A stretch of DNA of 64,000 nt from Trypanosoma brucei (lineage: Eukaryota). The notes beneath the pieces were generated by a model that did no database searches, had not been told where the DNA came from, and saw only the letters and a list, made by a program, of their open reading frames with translations. Positions 59,998 through 64,000 of the stretch are shown piece after piece (within the stretch, counting starts at the first letter, position 1; every line of letters begins with the position of its first letter). The position numbers were made by a program, and so were the translations under genes. The DNA lies in the NCBI GenBank assembly GCA_000002445.1, contig CH464492.1:32001-96000 (forward strand), written 5' to 3'.

Positions 59998-61546
59998 TAC
60001 AAACTAACAAAGGCAGCATCGATACTCAGAACAATTTTCTTACTGACAAGAAAACTTGAAGAGCGGCATTTGTAAGATCATTTATCGGATCCATCGTTTT
60101 CTTTCGCCCTTTCATCCACAAACTTTGATTGTTTTACCTTCATTGTCCTTTCCACGACCAGGTTGGGTTAGAAATTTACTGCAATTAGTCTTCTCATCTT
60201 TTTTTCCTCTGCCTGTGGCATTTTGTAATCATTGTCCACTACGCACTTCTTTTTCTCCGTTTTCTGTAGCTTTTTTGCAGCCTTCTTAGCAAGCTTCTCC
60301 CATTTTCCCTTGCAATCATCTGATTTAGGAACATGCGGTGCTTTGCTCGGTATGGAATTTGCTGCTTCTAGTTCGGAAGCGAGTTTCCCTAATTCTTCTC
60401 GCTTTTGTAGATGATTCAGCAGAATGGTGCGCCTTGCGTCGTCGCTACTTACTGCCTCCTTCAGTGGTTTAGTTGTAGTTTTGTCACCTTCTATTCTTGT
60501 TGCCATTTGTGCTTTTATCTTTTCAACAATCTTCTCCTCAGATTTTGTGTCTGCATTATCTGCCGCCACTTTGCCCATTTCCTCGGCTGCCTTGCTTGCG
60601 GATTTTCCTGTTTTGTACGGTTCTTGAGTTATTAATACTGCTTCCAGAAGTTTCTGAGCAGCTTTTGATGCCACCACTGTTTTTATTACGTCCTCAGCGC
60701 TTTGTCCACAGCCTGTGTTTTCAAATGTTAGCAGGTCGGTTAAGGAGTTGAAAATTTTTTTCGATATGTTGTCGGCGTTCGCAAATTTGTAGTCCGCGGC
60801 ACCGCCGTTAGCTGAAATTACGGTTGAATCCTCGGTACCGACGGTTTTGTGTGGTTTCCGAGTGAGCATTTCCTGCATGACATATTTTCCGGTCGGCGTA
60901 TTTTCGTGGCAAATCGCTGACGATGTGTCCGCTGTTCCTGCGAGTAAGCCGCACTTAGTGCTGTGCGTTGCGGTTATTTTGGCTTGACCTGGTGTCAGTG
61001 TTGTGAACCCAGTGCTGTAAATGACCATCGTGTCTAGGCTGGCTATCGGTGCGAAGTCTGTTAGAAGCTCCGGTGGGCATTCTAGGTCTGTTATTGTCGT
61101 ATCCTTTGTTCTGCTGGCCGCGGTTGTTCCTAAGCAAAAGTTTGTCTGTGTGTTTTTTGTCGTCCGGGATATCTGTCTAAGGAATTCCGCCATTTCGGCT
61201 ATGCGCTTGGTCGTCTTGACACTGGGTGCTATCGCTCTGCTTTCCGCCTTAGGTAGCTCAGTAAGCTTGTTATTAGCGTTCTCGCCGTAGCCCCTGGTTC
61301 CTAACCTTATTGCCTTAAATACCGTCGAAGTGGTTAGTTCAGTTTCTGCTGCTGCGGCACTCTTCGCCATTGTCGCCGCTGCTGCTGCTGCTTTGACGTA
61401 TAGATACTTTTTTGCTGCCACAGCTGGTGTCCGCGCTAGCTGTGCTGCTACTTTGGACAAGCCTTTTATTTTGGTTTCGTCAATGGGCGTTTGGCTTGCG
61501 GGATAAGTTTTAGCAAAAGTACTGCGACGAGGGCCTTGGTAAACAT
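59998..61546 (-). pseudogene. VSG: B-type VSG pseudogene. The signal-peptide exon-equivalent (MFTKALVAVLLLKLIPQA…) is out of frame with the 430-aa body, and the GPI signal is intact.
   Basis: ORF 60168-61460. An upstream ATG at 61546-61544 gives MFTKALVAVLLLKLIPQAKRPLTKPK*. The end reads …SFLVSKKIVLSIDAAFVSL* (stop at 59998-60000). Confidence 0.8.
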
Positions 61547-62874
61547 CCTGTAGTTTTCTTTTTTAGAAAAATTTTCGTTGCGGTGATGGAAGCGGGTTTT
61601 TGTTCTAGCAGTTGCGTGTCTCCCTTAAAACAGAAATCTCCTGCAGGAATGGCTGGTTGGCCGTTTCTGTTCAGCCGGGTCATGGTTGTCGTGATTTTTT
61701 ATAAATGCCAATAAAACTCTGCAACTCTTTTCTGCCCTGTTGCTGCATATCGTCATGTTGTAAGAGTTGTAGTACCTGTTCTCTACCTTGAAGGAAATTT
61801 CTGAAAACTCCACTCTTTGAAGGCGGTAAATTTGTTTGTTTAAATGCAAGTTGATTCCCACTATATCTAAGACAATTAATATTTATTTCCTTCGCTACTG
61901 TTTATCATATGTTACTTTTCAGATTTATGCTCGACTCAAAATAACAATGTATAGTTACTTTCATTCCACAATCCGATTCTTTTTCTCGCTTCTTATTTGC
62001 ATTTGCTGTGTCTGCATTTCGACAGTGCGCAAGACTTGTAAATTTGAATCCGAAAAGTGCTTTTTACTACCTTTTCTTTATTAACTCTTGATGTTATCCT
62101 TTCACCGCCGACAACTCTTGTATGAATTGTGCGTTCCTTAAACGGTTTTAGCGTCTGCCTAGTATACCAATACGTAATTGGAGAACTATCACCACTGGCT
62201 CTTTGCCCTTCGTATAATAACCCTCACAATTCATAAGTGTTCTATTTTAAGAAGCTTCTGCATTTCCATTCTTCTTTTGCTATCCATATGATTCCACCAT
62301 TATTCTTTGTTCCAAAACTTTTTCAGATAATATTGTATTTTTTTCCGCAAATGTTGGTTACTGTTAATATACATGATGAGAATAGTTCAACATTACTTAA
62401 TACTTACAAAATCCTTTCAATATGCTTCTGTTTCCACATAAAGGCTTTAGATTTGCCATTAGATTAAATATAACAGTTTCCAAAATTACCTCCGTAAGAG
62501 TATCTACACACTTTTGAGCAAAATAAATCCCATCATTGGCTCAGCCTGACGTATTATTTTCCCTTTTGCTATTGCCCATATCGTTGTTTCACCCCATTTT
62601 TAAATTTCCTTCTGTTTCAATCATTTCGGATAACGCAGCAACTCCACTTGACTTGTACACTGAATTCTGTCTTTCCATGTTTGTATCCTCCATCATATTA
62701 TCGTGTATGATGATGAAGCCACTCATAATCTTTGTGTTTAACACTGAGCATATTCTATCTCCCTCTTTCTCTTTATTTTTGCTATCCTCCAAGTTACTGG
62801 CACATTACCATCCCCATTTTTTTAAGTGATTCTATTTCAATGTCCATTGGCCGTGATAGCTACCCTTGCCACAA

Positions 62875-62995
62875 TATTAGCATATACACACTCACAACAC
62901 TCTCCTATCGTTATCACTATAATTAATATTTTTTAATTGTAATATTAGTAGATAAACGCTGACAACACACTTCTATTATTATTCCCACTATTATT
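62875..62995 (-). repeat. 70-bp repeats in minus orientation, the 5' boundary of the cassette containing the VSG at 59998-61546
   Basis: tatacacactcacaacactctcctatcgttatcactataatt… is the reverse complement of AGGAGAGTGTTGTGAGTGTGTATA. The conserved boundary element sits at 62630-62700. Confidence 0.8.
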
Positions 62996-63257
62996 ACAAC
63001 CCTAACCAATATGCATAAAATTAGAAAAATAAGATAAAAAATATTAGCACTCATTTTTAATAGCCTGTGACTCTACGAATTTTTACCCATAGTTCTAATT
63101 GTAATATATTTTACAAAAAAATTAAGATTTTTCAAATTTTCAAAGTTTTTACTAATTTGTAAATTTTTATCAAAAAGTGAAATATATCAAGTTATAGAAA
63201 ATTATATAAATATCATAAAATTAAGCAAAAAAATTCACTAGAGTTTTAAAATGAAAT

Positions 63258-64000
63258 CTAACTCGTAAATGCATAAACAATCAGAGCTATTTTCTTATTT
63301 ACAACAGAACTGGAATCTCTGCAATCTTCACCTTCCAATTTACAGCTTTTGACATTTTCACAAACGGCTTTCTCAGTGCCGTGTTTTGTACATCCAGTTT
63401 CTTCTGCTGGTCCCGTTCCTGATTGGGTTGCTTATTGTGCTGCTTTTGTATTCAATTTGCATCTTTTTCATCAGGTCCTTCCTATTTGCAGTGGCCTTTT
63501 TGTTTGCAGTCGCTTGCTTTCTGTATCTCCTCACACTCTTTGGCCTTGCTAGTTTGTTCTTCTTTGTTCGTTTTGGTTAATGATTCGGGTGGATTCTGCT
63601 GCGCCTGTTGTTTCTTTATTAGCTGAACTTGAGGTAGCATGCTGAACGCCAGAGTTTTCAGCTTTTGCAATTTTTTGTTGCCTGCCAGGATTTGTGCCCT
63701 TTTGGCTTCTCTGCTGTGAAGTAAGTTTGAAGCCTTGATTAGCTCTTTGCGCCACGGCATATTGTTTATCTTTTCTACATCGCTTTTGCTGGCCGTTTTG
63801 TACATTGCACACACGCCTTGGCCGGTGTTGCCGTTGCAGCCCGTGCCTGTGTAGCTGCCGATGAACATGTTTGTTGTTTTTGTTGTGAACTTTGCTTTTA
63901 GGGTTTTGATCGCTGCCGTTAACTCAGCGCTTGTGATTGGGTTGCTACTGGTTTGGCAGTGCTTTATGAGGTCTTCGCCTAAGTCTTTAAGGTTGTTTAG
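63258..64000 (-). CDS. VSG: VSG 3' portion (distal N-domain, C-domain and GPI signal). Its 5' part lies beyond the window end.
   Basis: ORF 63482-63868 (…FIGSYTGTGCNGNTGQGVCAMY…) reaches upstream to the window edge. The end reads DSSSVVNKKIALIVYAFTS* (stop at 63258-63260). Confidence 0.75.

Overview
This window is a Trypanosoma brucei-group (Trypanozoon) subtelomeric VSG array. Four signatures support that call: many variant surface glycoprotein (VSG) genes ending in the two canonical GPI-signal types (…DSSFLVNKKFALMVSAFVAMLF and …SNSFLINKAPLWLAFLLL); the VSG 3'-UTR 16-mer TGATATATTTTAACAC; upstream '70-bp repeat' blocks (GAGAGTGTTGTGAGTGTGTG plus TAA/TGA triplet runs); and ingi/RIME-type non-LTR retrotransposons whose 5' ends carry the 79-nt signature CCCTGGCGATGCCGGCCACCTCAACGTGGTGCCAGGGTCCAGTACCCCGTATCATCGGGGGAAGCCAAG. 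I count about 17 VSG genes or fragments. Two look intact (18282-19883 and 37103-38527). Most of the rest are pseudogenes with single nonsense codons, frameshifts or truncations. There are three ingi copies: two near full-length at 21181-25917 and 52301-57049, and one that runs off the window start. One degenerate ingi-related element (DIRE) carries a canonical 2A peptide. There are two 100-N scaffold gaps. The most unusual structure is an interstitial, head-to-head telomere-repeat junction at 38528-40372 between two convergent VSGs. A smaller inverted (TTAGGG)2 palindrome sits after the other intact VSG at 20040-20300. Convergent strand-switch points are occupied either by telomere repeats or by retroelements. 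There are no prokaryotic-type systems and no rRNA or tRNA. All calls come from reading the sequence and the ORF track; no database searches were possible.
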